Shown piece by piece: positions 17,636-30,647 of a stretch of DNA of 64,000 nucleotides (positions are counted from its first letter, which is position 1; the number at the start of each line of letters is the position of its first letter). The stretch comes from an uncultured Gemmatimonadaceae bacterium (lineage in GTDB: Bacteria > Gemmatimonadota > Gemmatimonadetes > Longimicrobiales > Gaopeijiaceae): positions 13,615 through 77,614 of the forward strand of contig CAZJFX010000007.1 in the NCBI GenBank assembly GCA_964545395.1, given 5' to 3'. The notes under the pieces are model-generated. The model was not told the DNA's origin, did not search any database, and saw only the letters and a program-made list of their open reading frames with translations. A program made the position numbers and the translations under genes.

Positions 17636-18035
17636 CTACCGGCGCTTCAGCACCATCGCGAAGCCCATGCCTCCTCCTGCGCAAGGCGTTAGGAGCCCGA
17701 ACTGCACGTCCCTGCGAGCCATCTCGTTGAGGAGCGTCAGCGTGAGGCGCCCACCCGTGGCTCCGAAGGGGTGGCCGATGGCGTCACTCCACCCCAGCTC
17801 CGGACCCACCCCAGGGGCATCCGTCCCCCGGCGAGGGCTCGGTCCCCGTTCATGACGACCAGAGCGACTGCTCCGTCGGCGACAGGAGAGGCGTTGCCTG
17901 CCGTGACCGACCCATGCTTCCTGTCGAACACGGGGGCAGCTTGGCCAGGCCGACCTCCCTGGCGGTGAGTTCCGCCAGGCCCGTGCCGGACCGGAGGAAG
18001 GGGGTTCGGCACCCAGCGAGGATGGCGGACTTCAT
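17636..18035 (-). pseudogene. Acetyl-CoA acetyltransferase (thiolase) remnant, internally collapsed and frameshifted
   Basis: Three thiolase blocks lie in two frames. Block 1 is MKSAILAGCRTPFLRSGTGLAELTAREVG, with SD AGGAG 6 nt upstream. Block 2 is [33 protein letters not shown]...PLGWVRSW. Block 3 is ELGWSDAIGHPFGATGGRLTLTLLNEMARRDVQFGLLTPCAGGGMGFAMVLKRR*. About 400 nt remain of an expected roughly 1.2 kb. Confidence 0.75.
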
Positions 18036-18175
18036 ACGGCGCTCCTGGCTTGGACGGTGCGGCGGGGCGGGGGATTCAGCACGAAGGCGACCCCCAGGGC
18101 TGGACGCAAGGCCGTCCGGGGCCTCAGGATGGGGGCGACACGGACAGCATGCCACCAGCCGACTGGAGGGTTTCC

Positions 18176-18970
18176 ATGGAGAGACGCGAGTTCCTTGCCG
18201 CCTCGGCAGCGGGTGCGGTGGCCCTGGGCACCGAAGGGCTTCCCCTTCCGCGCGCGGCGGGGGGCCTGGGGGGCAGCCGGGCCACACGGAAGATCCTCAT
18301 TGCCGGCGGAGGCTATGGTGCGGCGTTCCTCCGGTACATGGCGGAGCTCACCGGTAAGTCCCGGCCGCGGCTCTGCTACCTCCCCACCGCCTCGGCGGAC
18401 AGGGAGTCCGGCACGCTGCGCTGGTACCGCACCTGCGCCACGCTGGACGTGGTCCCCTTCGACCAGGAGAGCTTCATCAGCAGCTATTCGATGGCCCGGG
18501 GGTGGGACGAGGTGCTCCTCTCCATGGATGGAATCGTGGTGTCCGGAGGGAACACGCTGAACCAGCAGGCCATCTGGCGGGCTCAGGGGATCGACCAGGT
18601 GCTCCGCGAGGCGTGGGATCGGGGGATCGTTCTGGGTGGGGCGAGTGCCGGGTCCCTGTGCTGGTTCGAGGAGGGGACTACCGACTCGAGGCCCAAGGAG
18701 CTCACCAAGGTGGAGTGCCTCGGCTTCCTCAAGGGGAGCCACTCACCTCACTACGATGGTGAGGCACAGCGCCGGCCCACCTACCACCGCCTGATCGCGT
18801 CGGGGGTGCTGAAGCCGGGCTACGCCTGCGACAACGGCTCGGGCATCTACTTCGAGGACAACGACGTCAGGCGGGTCGTAGCCACCGTGACGGGGGCGAA
18901 GTCGTACCGCGTCGGGCTGGTCGGCGGTAAGGTGGTGGAAGAGGTGCTCGAGCCCGAGCTCATCTCCTAG
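18176..18970 (+). CDS. S51-family peptidase (dipeptidase E/cyanophycinase-like), Tat-type signal
   Basis: MERREFLAASAAGAVALG is the Tat-type signal. Other motifs are IVVSGGNTLNQ and VLGGASAGSLCW. The RBS GGAGGG is at 18165-18170. Confidence 0.7.
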   Translation: MERREFLAASAAGAVALGTEGLPLPRAAGGLGGSRATRKILIAGGGYGAAFLRYMAELTGKSRPRLCYLPTASADRESGTLRWYRTCATLDVVPFDQESFISSYSMARGWDEVLLSMDGIVVSGGNTLNQQAIWRAQGIDQVLREAWDRGIVLGGASAGSLCWFEEGTTDSRPKELTKVECLGFLKGSHSPHYDGEAQRRPTYHRLIASGVLKPGYACDNGSGIYFEDNDVRRVVATVTGAKSYRVGLVGGKVVEEVLEPELIS

Positions 18971-19002
18971 CCGCTGCTTCCGGTCAGAGGCGCGGAGGCC
19001 AG

Positions 19003-21567
<2,565 letters not shown>

Positions 21568-21641
21568 GGGAGCCTCCGGCGAAGGCGGGCGCTATGTTAG
21601 AAGGGCCAGGCCGGCGTCGATCCTCGATCCCTTTCCCACCC

Positions 21642-22190
21642 ATGCTCACCCCTCTCCAGCAGCAGAAGCTCGCCCACTACTTCCGCCTCTACGACGTGGA
21701 CGACGACGGGTGCGTCGCCCGTGCGGATTTCGAGCGGATCGCAGAGAACGTGCGCGCTCTGCATCTGGCGGACAAAGGGACACCGGAGCACCTCGCCATC
21801 GGGAAGGAATATCTCCTGCGCTGGGAGGCGCTGAGGGCGTCGGCGGACACCGACGAGGACGGGGCGGTGGACCTGCGGGAGTGGCTGCGCTACTGGGAGG
21901 GCGTGCTGAGCGACGACGCCCGCTACCTTGGGGAGGTGGCGAGGGTGGCCGACCGGCTCTTCGGGTCCTTCGACACCGACGAAGACGGTGTCCTGGGGGC
22001 TGACGAATTCTGCAACTTCTACGGCGTCTACGGGCTGAAGGCCGCCATGGCGCGCCTGGTCTTCCTGGACCTGGACATGGACGGCGACGGTGCCGTAACG
22101 CGCCAGGAGCTCATGGACATGGTGCACCAGTTCTACCGCAGTGACGACCCGGGGGCACCGGGGAACCGGCTCTTCGGGCCCATCGGGTGA
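21642..22190 (+). CDS. EF-hand calcium-binding protein (four EF loops)
   Basis: The four loops are DVDDDGCVARADFE, DTDEDGAVDLREW, DTDEDGVLGADEF and DMDGDGAVTRQEL. The start could instead be the ATG at 21594. Confidence 0.75.
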   Translation: MLTPLQQQKLAHYFRLYDVDDDGCVARADFERIAENVRALHLADKGTPEHLAIGKEYLLRWEALRASADTDEDGAVDLREWLRYWEGVLSDDARYLGEVARVADRLFGSFDTDEDGVLGADEFCNFYGVYGLKAAMARLVFLDLDMDGDGAVTRQELMDMVHQFYRSDDPGAPGNRLFGPIG

Positions 22191-22213
22191 CGGCTGGGCC
22201 ACCGGGGCGGACC

Positions 22214-23470
22214 ATGCGTGCGGTCTCCTTCACCGTGACGGTTCCGGGCTACATCCTGGGGAAGTCCCTCGGAAGGCTTTCGGAGGCGTTCCTCTTCGGC
22301 AGCGCCAGCGGGCTCCGGGTGGAGGAGCGGGGATCGCCTCCACTCCCCGGGGCGGATTGGGTGCGGGTGGAGGTCCTGAAGGCGGGGATCTGCGGCACCG
22401 ACGTGGGCAACCTGACGTTCAAGGCCAGCCCGGCCATGGAGCCCTTCGGCTCGTTCCCTGCGGTCCTGGGACACGAGATCCTGGGTCGGGTGGCGGAGGT
22501 GGGCCCTGCCGTGCGCTCCGTGGAGGTCGGGCAGCGCGTCACCGTGGATCCGGTGGTGTCGTGCTCGGTGCGGGGGTTTTCAGGCGAGCGGAGGTGCCGG
22601 TCGTGCCAGGAGGGGCTGCCGGCCACGTGCGAGCGCCAGGGGGAGGAGGGAGAGTTGCAGATCGGAGGGCATGGCCTGGCGCGAGGCGTCACCATCGGCT
22701 ACCACCGGGATCTGCCCGGTGGATGGGCGGAGGAAATGGTGGCCCACGAGAGCCAGATCTTCCCTGTGGCCGACGCCCTGGACGACCGGACCGCGGTGCT
22801 GGTGGAGCCCCTCTCCGTGGGGATGCACGCTGCCCTGGGGATGCGGCCGTGGGGAACGGGGCCCGTGTTCGTGGTGGGGAGCGGCCCCATCGCTCTGGGG
22901 ACCATCTGGTCGCTGAGGGCGGCCGGCTTCGAGGGCGAGCTGGTGGCGCAGATCAAGCGCGGGAACGAGGCTACCTTGGCCCGGAAGCTGGGAGCGAGCT
23001 CGGTGGTCTCCCCCGGCGACGAGGCCAGGGAGGCCCTGGTGGAAACCGGCGCCCAGGGGTACATGCCCATTGTGGGCGACGAGGTCTTCGCCGGAGGCGG
23101 TTTCCCCCTGGTCTACGACTGCGTGGGGAGCGCACAGACCATCAAGCAGTGCCTCCGCTTCGCCGCGCCCCGGGGGCGCGTCGTCATGCTGGGGTGCGCC
23201 GCCGAGATCCGGAAGCTGGACCTCACCTTCGTATGGGCCCGGGAGCTGAACATCAAGGGCTTCGTGTGCTATGGGCGGGAGGAGTGGCGCGGAGGCCACG
23301 CCCACACGTTCCAGATCACCCACGACCTGCTGGTCGAGACCATGTCGCCGGTGGCGGAGATGGTCACCCACGTGTACCCGCTCGGGCAGGTCCGCGACGC
23401 CCTGTCCGCGGCGGCGAACCGGCGCCGGTCGGGATCCATCAAAGTCCTCCTGGACCCGACGGTAGGGTGA
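22214..23470 (+). CDS. Zinc-dependent medium-chain alcohol dehydrogenase/reductase family protein
   Basis: MRAVSF... carries GICGTDVG, GHEILGRV and the structural-zinc Cys cluster C..C..C. The Rossmann motif is VVGSGPIALG. Confidence 0.8.
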   Translation: MRAVSFTVTVPGYILGKSLGRLSEAFLFGSASGLRVEERGSPPLPGADWVRVEVLKAGICGTDVGNLTFKASPAMEPFGSFPAVLGHEILGRVAEVGPAVRSVEVGQRVTVDPVVSCSVRGFSGERRCRSCQEGLPATCERQGEEGELQIGGHGLARGVTIGYHRDLPGGWAEEMVAHESQIFPVADALDDRTAVLVEPLSVGMHAALGMRPWGTGPVFVVGSGPIALGTIWSLRAAGFEGELVAQIKRGNEATLARKLGASSVVSPGDEAREALVETGAQGYMPIVGDEVFAGGGFPLVYDCVGSAQTIKQCLRFAAPRGRVVMLGCAAEIRKLDLTFVWARELNIKGFVCYGREEWRGGHAHTFQITHDLLVETMSPVAEMVTHVYPLGQVRDALSAAANRRRSGSIKVLLDPTVG

Positions 23471-23520
23471 CCCGGGCGGGGGAAGCGGTGCGGCTCGGCG
23501 GGGCCCGCCCGGAGTTGCGC

Positions 23521-24132
23521 CTAGCGGACGTCCACGGCGATGCGGCTGGGGCCGCGGAGCTCCAAAACCCTCACCTGGTCGCCTTGGGATAGCTCCGCCA
23601 CCCACACGACGGCGTCTCCGGTATCACAAGCGACGCCGGCGCGCGCCATGCGCGAGGCTCCGGTGCCGCGGATGCCCGCCGGCGAGCCGGTCACGTCGTC
23701 GGCGGCGAGCCGGGCTGGCCGGAAGCTGACCACCAGCGAGCGCGCCGCGGTGAGCTCGTATCCTCCGTCGCCGCAGAGAGTGGGAGTCCCGGCGGCGGTG
23801 ATGGCGATGTCGTAGCCGGGGACGGGCTCAGCGTCGTTGAGGAGGAAGATGACCCGGTCGAACCCCTCGTGGCCGCCGACCTCCGCGCCACGGATGGAGC
23901 TTGCCGGCGCGCCGGCGGCGGCGGCTCTCCCTACCTCGTTGGTGGTCCATGGAAGCTCCAGGGCGAGCTCAGCCAGGGTGAAGCCGGCCAGGTCCGCCTC
24001 GGTGAGGGGCTCGCGCTCCATGGCCTTGATGAGCGTGTCCACCGGCATGGAGGCCGTGTCCGCCTCCTGGGAACCTCCGCAGGCGGCGAGGGCGGCGATG
24101 ATCACGAGAAGGCTGGAGCGGACGGGGCGCAT
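23521..24132 (-). CDS. Hypothetical lipoprotein
   Basis: MRPVRSSLLVIIAALAACGG is the lipobox. The ATG at 24130-24132 is preceded by AGGA. The N-terminal extension of the track ORF is rejected. Confidence 0.55.
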   Translation of the reverse strand: MRPVRSSLLVIIAALAACGGSQEADTASMPVDTLIKAMEREPLTEADLAGFTLAELALELPWTTNEVGRAAAAGAPASSIRGAEVGGHEGFDRVIFLLNDAEPVPGYDIAITAAGTPTLCGDGGYELTAARSLVVSFRPARLAADDVTGSPAGIRGTGASRMARAGVACDTGDAVVWVAELSQGDQVRVLELRGPSRIAVDVR

Positions 24133-24220
24133 GGTTTCCTGGCCTGAACTGGGAGCTTCGGGGATCGGGGCTACTACACCGGACCCCGGGTCGTGTTCGG
24201 CGCCTGCGATGAGACGCGAC

Positions 24221-24766
24221 TCAGAGCTCGAGGCGGAGCACCTCGGGGCGGATGCGGCTGGACTCGGTCTCCCCCTCCACATCCACGTTCTCGGTGCGGA
24301 GAAGGGCCGCCTTCACGGCCAGACCGCCGCTGAATCCACCCAGTCGCCCCTCGGCGGCGACGACGCGGTGGCACGGGATGAGGATGGGAAGGGGGTTTGC
24401 GCCCACCGCCTGCCCGACGGCTCTTGCCAACTCGGCACGCCCCACGGCTTCCGCCAGGTCCCCGTAGGTGATCACCCGCCCATAGGGTACATGCATCAAC
24501 TCGGCATAGACCTCGCGCTGGAACTCGGTCACGGCCTCGAGGTCGAGGGGAAGGTCGAAGCTCCGGCGTTCCCGGGCGAAGTACGCCTTCACCTGGGCCA
24601 CTGCGTGGACAAGCGTGTCGGGCCAGGCCTCGGGGGGGTCGGCGTGGGCGTCCTTGGGGAGGGGGCCGAACTCCAGGCGGCGCACGCCCTTCGGTGAGAC
24701 CCAGATGGTGAGGGGCCCCGCCGGGGTGTCGGGCAGGTGGGCCGAACAGATCTCGGACGTGCTCAG
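24221..24766 (-). CDS. ogt: Methylated-DNA--protein-cysteine methyltransferase (Ogt/MGMT)
   Basis: HVPYGRVITYGDLAEAVGRAELARAVGQAVGANPLPILIPCHRVV contains the PCHRV active site. No ATG, GTG or TTG lies upstream of the N-terminal domain. The only candidate is a CTG (24764-24766) overlapping the sufU stop. The 5' limit is therefore uncertain. Confidence 0.75.
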   Translation of the reverse strand: MSTSEICSAHLPDTPAGPLTIWVSPKGVRRLEFGPLPKDAHADPPEAWPDTLVHAVAQVKAYFARERRSFDLPLDLEAVTEFQREVYAELMHVPYGRVITYGDLAEAVGRAELARAVGQAVGANPLPILIPCHRVVAAEGRLGGFSGGLAVKAALLRTENVDVEGETESSRIRPEVLRLEL

Positions 24767-25215
24767 TGTCGTTCTCCCTCCGCTGTCTTCTTGAGAGCTT
24801 CCTGGAGCGCGTCGAAGCCCAAAAGCGCACACTTCACCCGCACGGGGAACTTGCTGACCCCGGCCAGCGCGCGCAGGTCGCCCATGCTCCTGTCCTTCGC
24901 CACGTCCGGATCGCCGTGCATCATCGCCTTGAAGCGCTCCGCGATCCCGCCAGCCTCGTCCAGGGAGCGGCTTTTGATGAGCTGCGTCATCATGCTGACC
25001 GCAGCCTGGGAGATGGAACACCCCTGCCCTACGAAGCGGGCGTCGGCGATGCGGTCGTCCTCGACGCGCAGCTGGAGGCGGATCTCGTCCCCGCACGTCG
25101 GGTTCCGCATGTGGATCTCCACGGTCTTGTCCGGGAGCTCCGACTTGTTGCGGGGGTTCCGGTAGTGCTCGAGGATGAGCTGCTGATAGAGCGAGTTGAG
25201 AGCCGGTGTTTCCAT
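24763..25215 (-). CDS. sufU: SufU/IscU-like Fe-S cluster assembly scaffold / sulfur acceptor
   Basis: LYQQLILEHYRNPRN...NPTCGDEIRLQL...GQGCSISQAAVSMM...VKCALLGFDAL. Confidence 0.9.
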   Translation of the reverse strand: METPALNSLYQQLILEHYRNPRNKSELPDKTVEIHMRNPTCGDEIRLQLRVEDDRIADARFVGQGCSISQAAVSMMTQLIKSRSLDEAGGIAERFKAMMHGDPDVAKDRSMGDLRALAGVSKFPVRVKCALLGFDALQEALKKTAEGERH

Positions 25216-25311
25216 GTGCCGTCCAATGTAGAGCGAGGGGGGTGGCCGGCGCGACAGGAACGCGGCGCCGCGCCGGCTCGGGTGGAGTCGGCTCGATGCC
25301 GGCCTCGCGGG

Positions 25312-26541
25312 TCAGCCGAAGATGGAGCGCACCGTCTCCAACCCCTCGACCAGGCGATCCGCTTCGGCGCGGGTGTTGTAGAGATAGAAGGAGGCGCGGG
25401 CGGTGGCGGCCAGCCCGAACCGCTTCATGACCAGCTGGGCGCAGTGGTGTCCGGCCCGGACGGCGATCCCCTCCGAGTCCAGGATGGTGGAGATGTCGTG
25501 GGGGTGAGCGTCGCCCAGCGTGAACGACAGCACCGCGGACCGCTCCACCGGGTCGCGGGGACCGTAGATCCGCAGGCCGGGGATCTGCGCCAGGCGCTCC
25601 ATGGCGTACGTCACCAGATTCCGCTCGTGGGCCGCGATGGCGTCCATCCCTACCGCGGCCAGGTAGTCCACTGCGGCACCGAGGCCGATGGCGCCGGCGA
25701 TGTTGGGCGTGCCCGCCTCGAATTTGTGGGGCACCTCGGCCCAGGTGCTCGTGTCGCGCTCGACGAACTCGATCATGTCGCCGCCGCCCTGCCACGGCGG
25801 CATGGCTTCCAGCAGCTCGCGCCTTGCCCAGAGCACGCCGATCCCCGTGGGCCCGCACATCTTGTGGCCGCTGAAGGCGTAGAAGTCCGCGCCCAGGTCC
25901 TGCACGTCGAGCTTGGTGTGCACCACGCCCTGGGCGCCGTCCAGAAGGACGAGGGCGCCCACGCGCTTCGCTGCGGCGACGATCTCCTTCACCGGGTTGA
26001 TGGTTCCAAGGGCGTTGGAAATGTGCGAGACGGCCACCAGCCGGGTCCGGTCGCTCAACAGCTGCGGGAGGTCGTCGAGGAGAAGCTTGCCCTCGTCGTC
26101 GAGCTCGATATAACGGAGGCGGGCCCCGGTGCGCTGCGCCAGGATCTGCCAGGGGACCAGATTGGAGTGGTGCTCCATGACCGAGAGAAGGATCTCGTCG
26201 CCCGCCTTCAGCACGTCCAGTCCCCAGGTGTTGGCCACCAGGTTGATGGACTCGGTAGTCCCTCGGGTCCACACCACCTCCGCGGGATCGGCGGCGCCGA
26301 TGAAGCGGGCCACCTTCTCCCGGGCCTCCTCGTACGCGACCGTGGCCCGGCGGGAGAGCTCGTGGATCCCCCGGTGGACGTTGGCGTTGTCTTCCTGGTA
26401 GTAGGACGCGAGCACGTCGAGGACCGCGCGGGGCTTCTGAGACGTGGCGGCGTTGTCGAGGTACACGAGCTGCTTGCCGTTGACCTCCTGGTGCAGGGCG
26501 GGGAAGTCCCGGCGAAGGGCAGTCACGTCGAGCGGGCTCAT
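25312..26541 (-). CDS. sufS: Cysteine desulfurase SufS (class II)
   Basis: VYLDNAATSQKP, the PLP lysine region FSGHKMCGPTGIGVLW, and RAGHHCAQ. Confidence 0.9.
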   Translation of the reverse strand: MSPLDVTALRRDFPALHQEVNGKQLVYLDNAATSQKPRAVLDVLASYYQEDNANVHRGIHELSRRATVAYEEAREKVARFIGAADPAEVVWTRGTTESINLVANTWGLDVLKAGDEILLSVMEHHSNLVPWQILAQRTGARLRYIELDDEGKLLLDDLPQLLSDRTRLVAVSHISNALGTINPVKEIVAAAKRVGALVLLDGAQGVVHTKLDVQDLGADFYAFSGHKMCGPTGIGVLWARRELLEAMPPWQGGGDMIEFVERDTSTWAEVPHKFEAGTPNIAGAIGLGAAVDYLAAVGMDAIAAHERNLVTYAMERLAQIPGLRIYGPRDPVERSAVLSFTLGDAHPHDISTILDSEGIAVRAGHHCAQLVMKRFGLAATARASFYLYNTRAEADRLVEGLETVRSIFG

Positions 26542-26550
26542 GTCGTCACC

Positions 26551-26859
26551 TCACAGCTCCACGTAGATGTCGCCATCGCGGATCTGGACGGGGAACACCT
26601 TCACCGGCCGGACGGCGGGAAGGCCCTTGTTCTTTCCGGAGCGCGCGTCGAAGCGGGCACCATGATGCAGACAGACCACGTCACTTCCGTCCAACTCCCC
26701 GTCGGACAGGGGATACTTCTGGTGGGAGCACTGGTCTTCGAGAGCGTACACCGTGCCCTCGACGTTGGCCAGGACGATCGGCTGCATGTTAGCAATTACG
26801 CCCTTAAGCGTGCCCGCGGGAACGTCGGAGAGGCTGGCGACCTTGGTGAGCTCAGGCAT
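26551..26859 (-). CDS. Rieske [2Fe-2S] ferredoxin-like protein
   Basis: CSHQKYPLSDG...CLHHGARFD are the CxH...CxxH Rieske motifs. The protein is 102 aa. Confidence 0.85.
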   Translation of the reverse strand: MPELTKVASLSDVPAGTLKGVIANMQPIVLANVEGTVYALEDQCSHQKYPLSDGELDGSDVVCLHHGARFDARSGKNKGLPAVRPVKVFPVQIRDGDIYVEL

Positions 26860-27039
26860 GGTCAGGTCACTCGGGGCGCGACGCGCCCCCCTTCGGGGAC
26901 CGCTCGCCTTTCTCGCGAGGTGGTCGAACGGTCGCTCAAGGTAGCGGCTTGCTTAGCGGCGGCGAGTCGTCCGGTCCTCGCCGCCGATGTCCCCTCCGGA
27001 GGGCACGTCACGCCCCGCCAGACCCGGGCGAGCGCCGTC

Positions 27040-28383
27040 TCACACATGGTGCTTCAGCTTCTCCTGGATTACCCGCGTCACTTTCTCGGACACGCCGCCC
27101 AACGGGAGCTTGGAGAGGACCTCGCCGAGGAAGCCGAGAACGACGAGGCGCTCGGCCTGGATGCGGTTCATGCCGCGGCTCATGAGGTAGAACTTGGCCT
27201 CGGCGTCCAGTTGGCCTACAGTGGCGCCGTGGGAGCACTTCACGTCGTCGGCCTCGATCTCCAGGTTGGGGAGCGAGTCGGCGCGGGCGTGCGGCGAGAG
27301 CAGGATGTTGCGGATCTTCTGGTAGGCATCGGTGCGCTGGGCGCCCTTGTGGACCCGGATGATCCCCCGGAACGCGGCGCGGCTGTGCCCGTCCAGGGCG
27401 CCCTTGTACAGCAGGTCGCTGCCGGCGTTGGGCGCCACGTGGTCCTGGCTGGTGTTGAAGTCGAAGTGCTGGTCCTCGTCGCCGAAGTAGAGGCCCAGCA
27501 TGTCGGAGTTGGAGCCGGGCCCAAGGAGGCGGGCGTTGAGGTCCACGCGGGTGGTGGTCCCACCCAGCGCCACGTTGAGGGTGTCCAGGGTGGCGTCGCG
27601 CTGGGCCAGCGTGCGCTGCACCGACTGGTAGAACCCGCCCCGCCCCAGGCGCTGGACGGCGACGTACTGCACCTTGGCGCCGTCCAGAGCGAAGACCTCC
27701 ACCGCCGAAGAGGTGAGGGTCTGGGCGGTGAAATCGTCGGACAGGACCTCGTCCACGAAGGACACCTGACTGGCCGTCTCGGCGACGATGAGCGTGCGTG
27801 AGAAGTAGGCCACACCGGACTCGCTGTACCAGCGGGTGACCCGCACCGGCTGGTCGAGGTGCACCCCTCTTGGGACGTCGAGGAAGATTCCGTCGTTCCA
27901 GAGCGCCGCGTTGAGCGCGGCGAACTTCCCCTCCTCGGCGGGCACGGCTTCGGTGGCCAGATACTCCTTCACCAGCGCCTCATGCTTCTCCACGGCCTCG
28001 TGGAGGGACATGAGCACCACGCCCTTGGCTGCCAGCTCGTCGGCCACGTCGGCGTGCACCACGCGTCCGTCGATGATCACCAGGTGTCCGGATGCCTCCC
28101 TGTCCTGGGCCATGGCCTTGCGCAGGGGCAGGGGCCAGCCGGTGAACTCGTCGCGGGCGGGCGGCGTCGTGCAACACCTCAGGGCGCCCAGGTCCAGCTT
28201 TCGGCGGAGGTCGGTGTAGCGCCACTCCTCCGACCGCGTGGTGGGCATGGGCGTGCGCTCGTAGACCTCCCAGGCGTGGGTCCTACGCTCGCGGAGCCAC
28301 TCGGGCTCGGCGGCACCCAGCCTCTCGACTGCTGCGGCGTTGAAGACGTCGGTGACGCCTTCCGTCACGGTCATGGTGGTCAT
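27040..28383 (-). CDS. sufD: Fe-S cluster assembly protein SufD
   Basis: It starts MTTMTVTEG at the ATG (28381-28383), which overlaps the sufB stop as ATGA. The C-terminal SufBD beta-helix region reads [22 protein letters not shown]...[12 protein letters not shown]. Confidence 0.85.
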   Translation of the reverse strand: MTTMTVTEGVTDVFNAAAVERLGAAEPEWLRERRTHAWEVYERTPMPTTRSEEWRYTDLRRKLDLGALRCCTTPPARDEFTGWPLPLRKAMAQDREASGHLVIIDGRVVHADVADELAAKGVVLMSLHEAVEKHEALVKEYLATEAVPAEEGKFAALNAALWNDGIFLDVPRGVHLDQPVRVTRWYSESGVAYFSRTLIVAETASQVSFVDEVLSDDFTAQTLTSSAVEVFALDGAKVQYVAVQRLGRGGFYQSVQRTLAQRDATLDTLNVALGGTTTRVDLNARLLGPGSNSDMLGLYFGDEDQHFDFNTSQDHVAPNAGSDLLYKGALDGHSRAAFRGIIRVHKGAQRTDAYQKIRNILLSPHARADSLPNLEIEADDVKCSHGATVGQLDAEAKFYLMSRGMNRIQAERLVVLGFLGEVLSKLPLGGVSEKVTRVIQEKLKHHV

Positions 28384-29795
28384 CCGACGGATCCTTCCAT
28401 CTCCAGCTCGATGAGCCGGTTGAGTTCGACCGCATACTCCAGGGGGAGCTCCTTGGCGATAGGCTCGATGAACCCGCGGACGATCATGGCCATGGCCTCG
28501 TCCTCCGGGATCCCCCGGCTCGTCAGGTAGAAGAGCTGCTCCTCGCCGATCTTGGACACCGAGGCCTCGTGGCCGACGTTGGCGTCGTTCTCCTCGATCT
28601 CGATGTAGGGGTACGTGTCGGTGCGGGACGTGTCGTTGATGAGGAGCGCGTCGCACTCCACGTTGGACCGGGCCTGGCTGGCGCCCTCGTGCACCTTCAG
28701 GAGGCCGCGGTAGGAGGCCCGGCCGTGCCCCCTGGAGATGGACTTGGACACGATGGACGACGTGGTGCGGGGGGCGACGTGCACCACCTTCCCGCCTGTG
28801 TCCTGGTGCTGTCCGTCGCCCGCGTACGCGATGGAGAGGATCTCACCGTGGGCGCCCTCTCCCACCAGGTAGCAGGACGGGTACTTCATGGTGAGCTTGG
28901 AGCCCAGGTTCCCGTCGATCCACTCCATGGTGGCGCCCTCGTGCACCATCGCCCGCTGCGTGACGAGGTTGTACATGTTGTTCGACCAGTTCTGGATGGT
29001 CGTGTACCGGAAGCGGGCGTTCTTCTTCACCACGATCTCGATGACGCCCGAGTGGAACGACTCGGTGCTGTACACCGGAGCGGTACACCCCTCGATGTAG
29101 TGGGCGTTGGCGCCCTCGTCCACGATGATGAGCGTCCGCTCGAACTGGCCCATCCGCTCCTGATTGACGCGGAAGTAGGCCTGCAGCGGCGTGTCGAGCT
29201 TCACGTTCTTCGGGATGTAGACGAACGACCCACCCGACCACACCGCCGAGTTCATGGCGGCGAACTTGTTGTCGTGGATGGGGATGATGGTGGAGAAGTG
29301 CTCGCGGAACAGGTCGGGATGCTTCCTCAATCCGTCTTCGATGGAGTCGAAGATGACCCCCTTCTCCTCCCATTCCTTCTTGAGGGAGTGGTACACCATC
29401 TCCGACTCGTACTGGGCCCCGACCCCCGCGAGGATCTTTCGCTCGGCCTCGGGAATCCCGAGCTTCTCGAATGTGTCTTTGATCTCCTGGGGGACCTCGT
29501 CCCACGTGTGCCCCATGCGGTCCTGGGGGCGCACGTAGAAGTGAATCTCGTCGAGCACGGCCTCGAGGTCGCTCAGGTCGCCGCCCCAGGTGGGCATGGG
29601 CTTGGACTCGTAGACCTTGAGTGCCTTCAGGCGGAAGTCGAGCATCCACTCGGGCTCGCCCTTGTGGGCTGAGATCTGACGGACGACCTCCTCGCTCAAC
29701 CCCTTGCTCGCCTCGAAGACGGGCTTTCCTTCCGTCACGAAGTTGAACTTGTACTCGTCCAGCCCGAGATCGTGGATGGTTTCGTTCTGCGGCAT
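28380..29795 (-). CDS. sufB: Fe-S cluster assembly protein SufB
   Basis: The 471-aa protein carries [10 protein letters not shown] and ...[20 protein letters not shown]...[16 protein letters not shown]. Confidence 0.92.
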   Translation of the reverse strand: MPQNETIHDLGLDEYKFNFVTEGKPVFEASKGLSEEVVRQISAHKGEPEWMLDFRLKALKVYESKPMPTWGGDLSDLEAVLDEIHFYVRPQDRMGHTWDEVPQEIKDTFEKLGIPEAERKILAGVGAQYESEMVYHSLKKEWEEKGVIFDSIEDGLRKHPDLFREHFSTIIPIHDNKFAAMNSAVWSGGSFVYIPKNVKLDTPLQAYFRVNQERMGQFERTLIIVDEGANAHYIEGCTAPVYSTESFHSGVIEIVVKKNARFRYTTIQNWSNNMYNLVTQRAMVHEGATMEWIDGNLGSKLTMKYPSCYLVGEGAHGEILSIAYAGDGQHQDTGGKVVHVAPRTTSSIVSKSISRGHGRASYRGLLKVHEGASQARSNVECDALLINDTSRTDTYPYIEIEENDANVGHEASVSKIGEEQLFYLTSRGIPEDEAMAMIVRGFIEPIAKELPLEYAVELNRLIELEMEGSVG

Positions 29796-29808
29796 GTCGC
29801 GCTCTCCC

Positions 29809-30609
<801 letters not shown>

Positions 30610-30647
30610 CGGGTCCTCTGGGTTGGTGATCAGGTGGACAGGACCTA

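Noticed and set aside
24766-27801. 1011-aa plus-strand ORF across the suf region.
   Set aside because: It is antisense to sufU, sufS, the Rieske gene and sufD, all unambiguous. The composition is again Arg/Gly/His/Val-rich with no recognisable domains.
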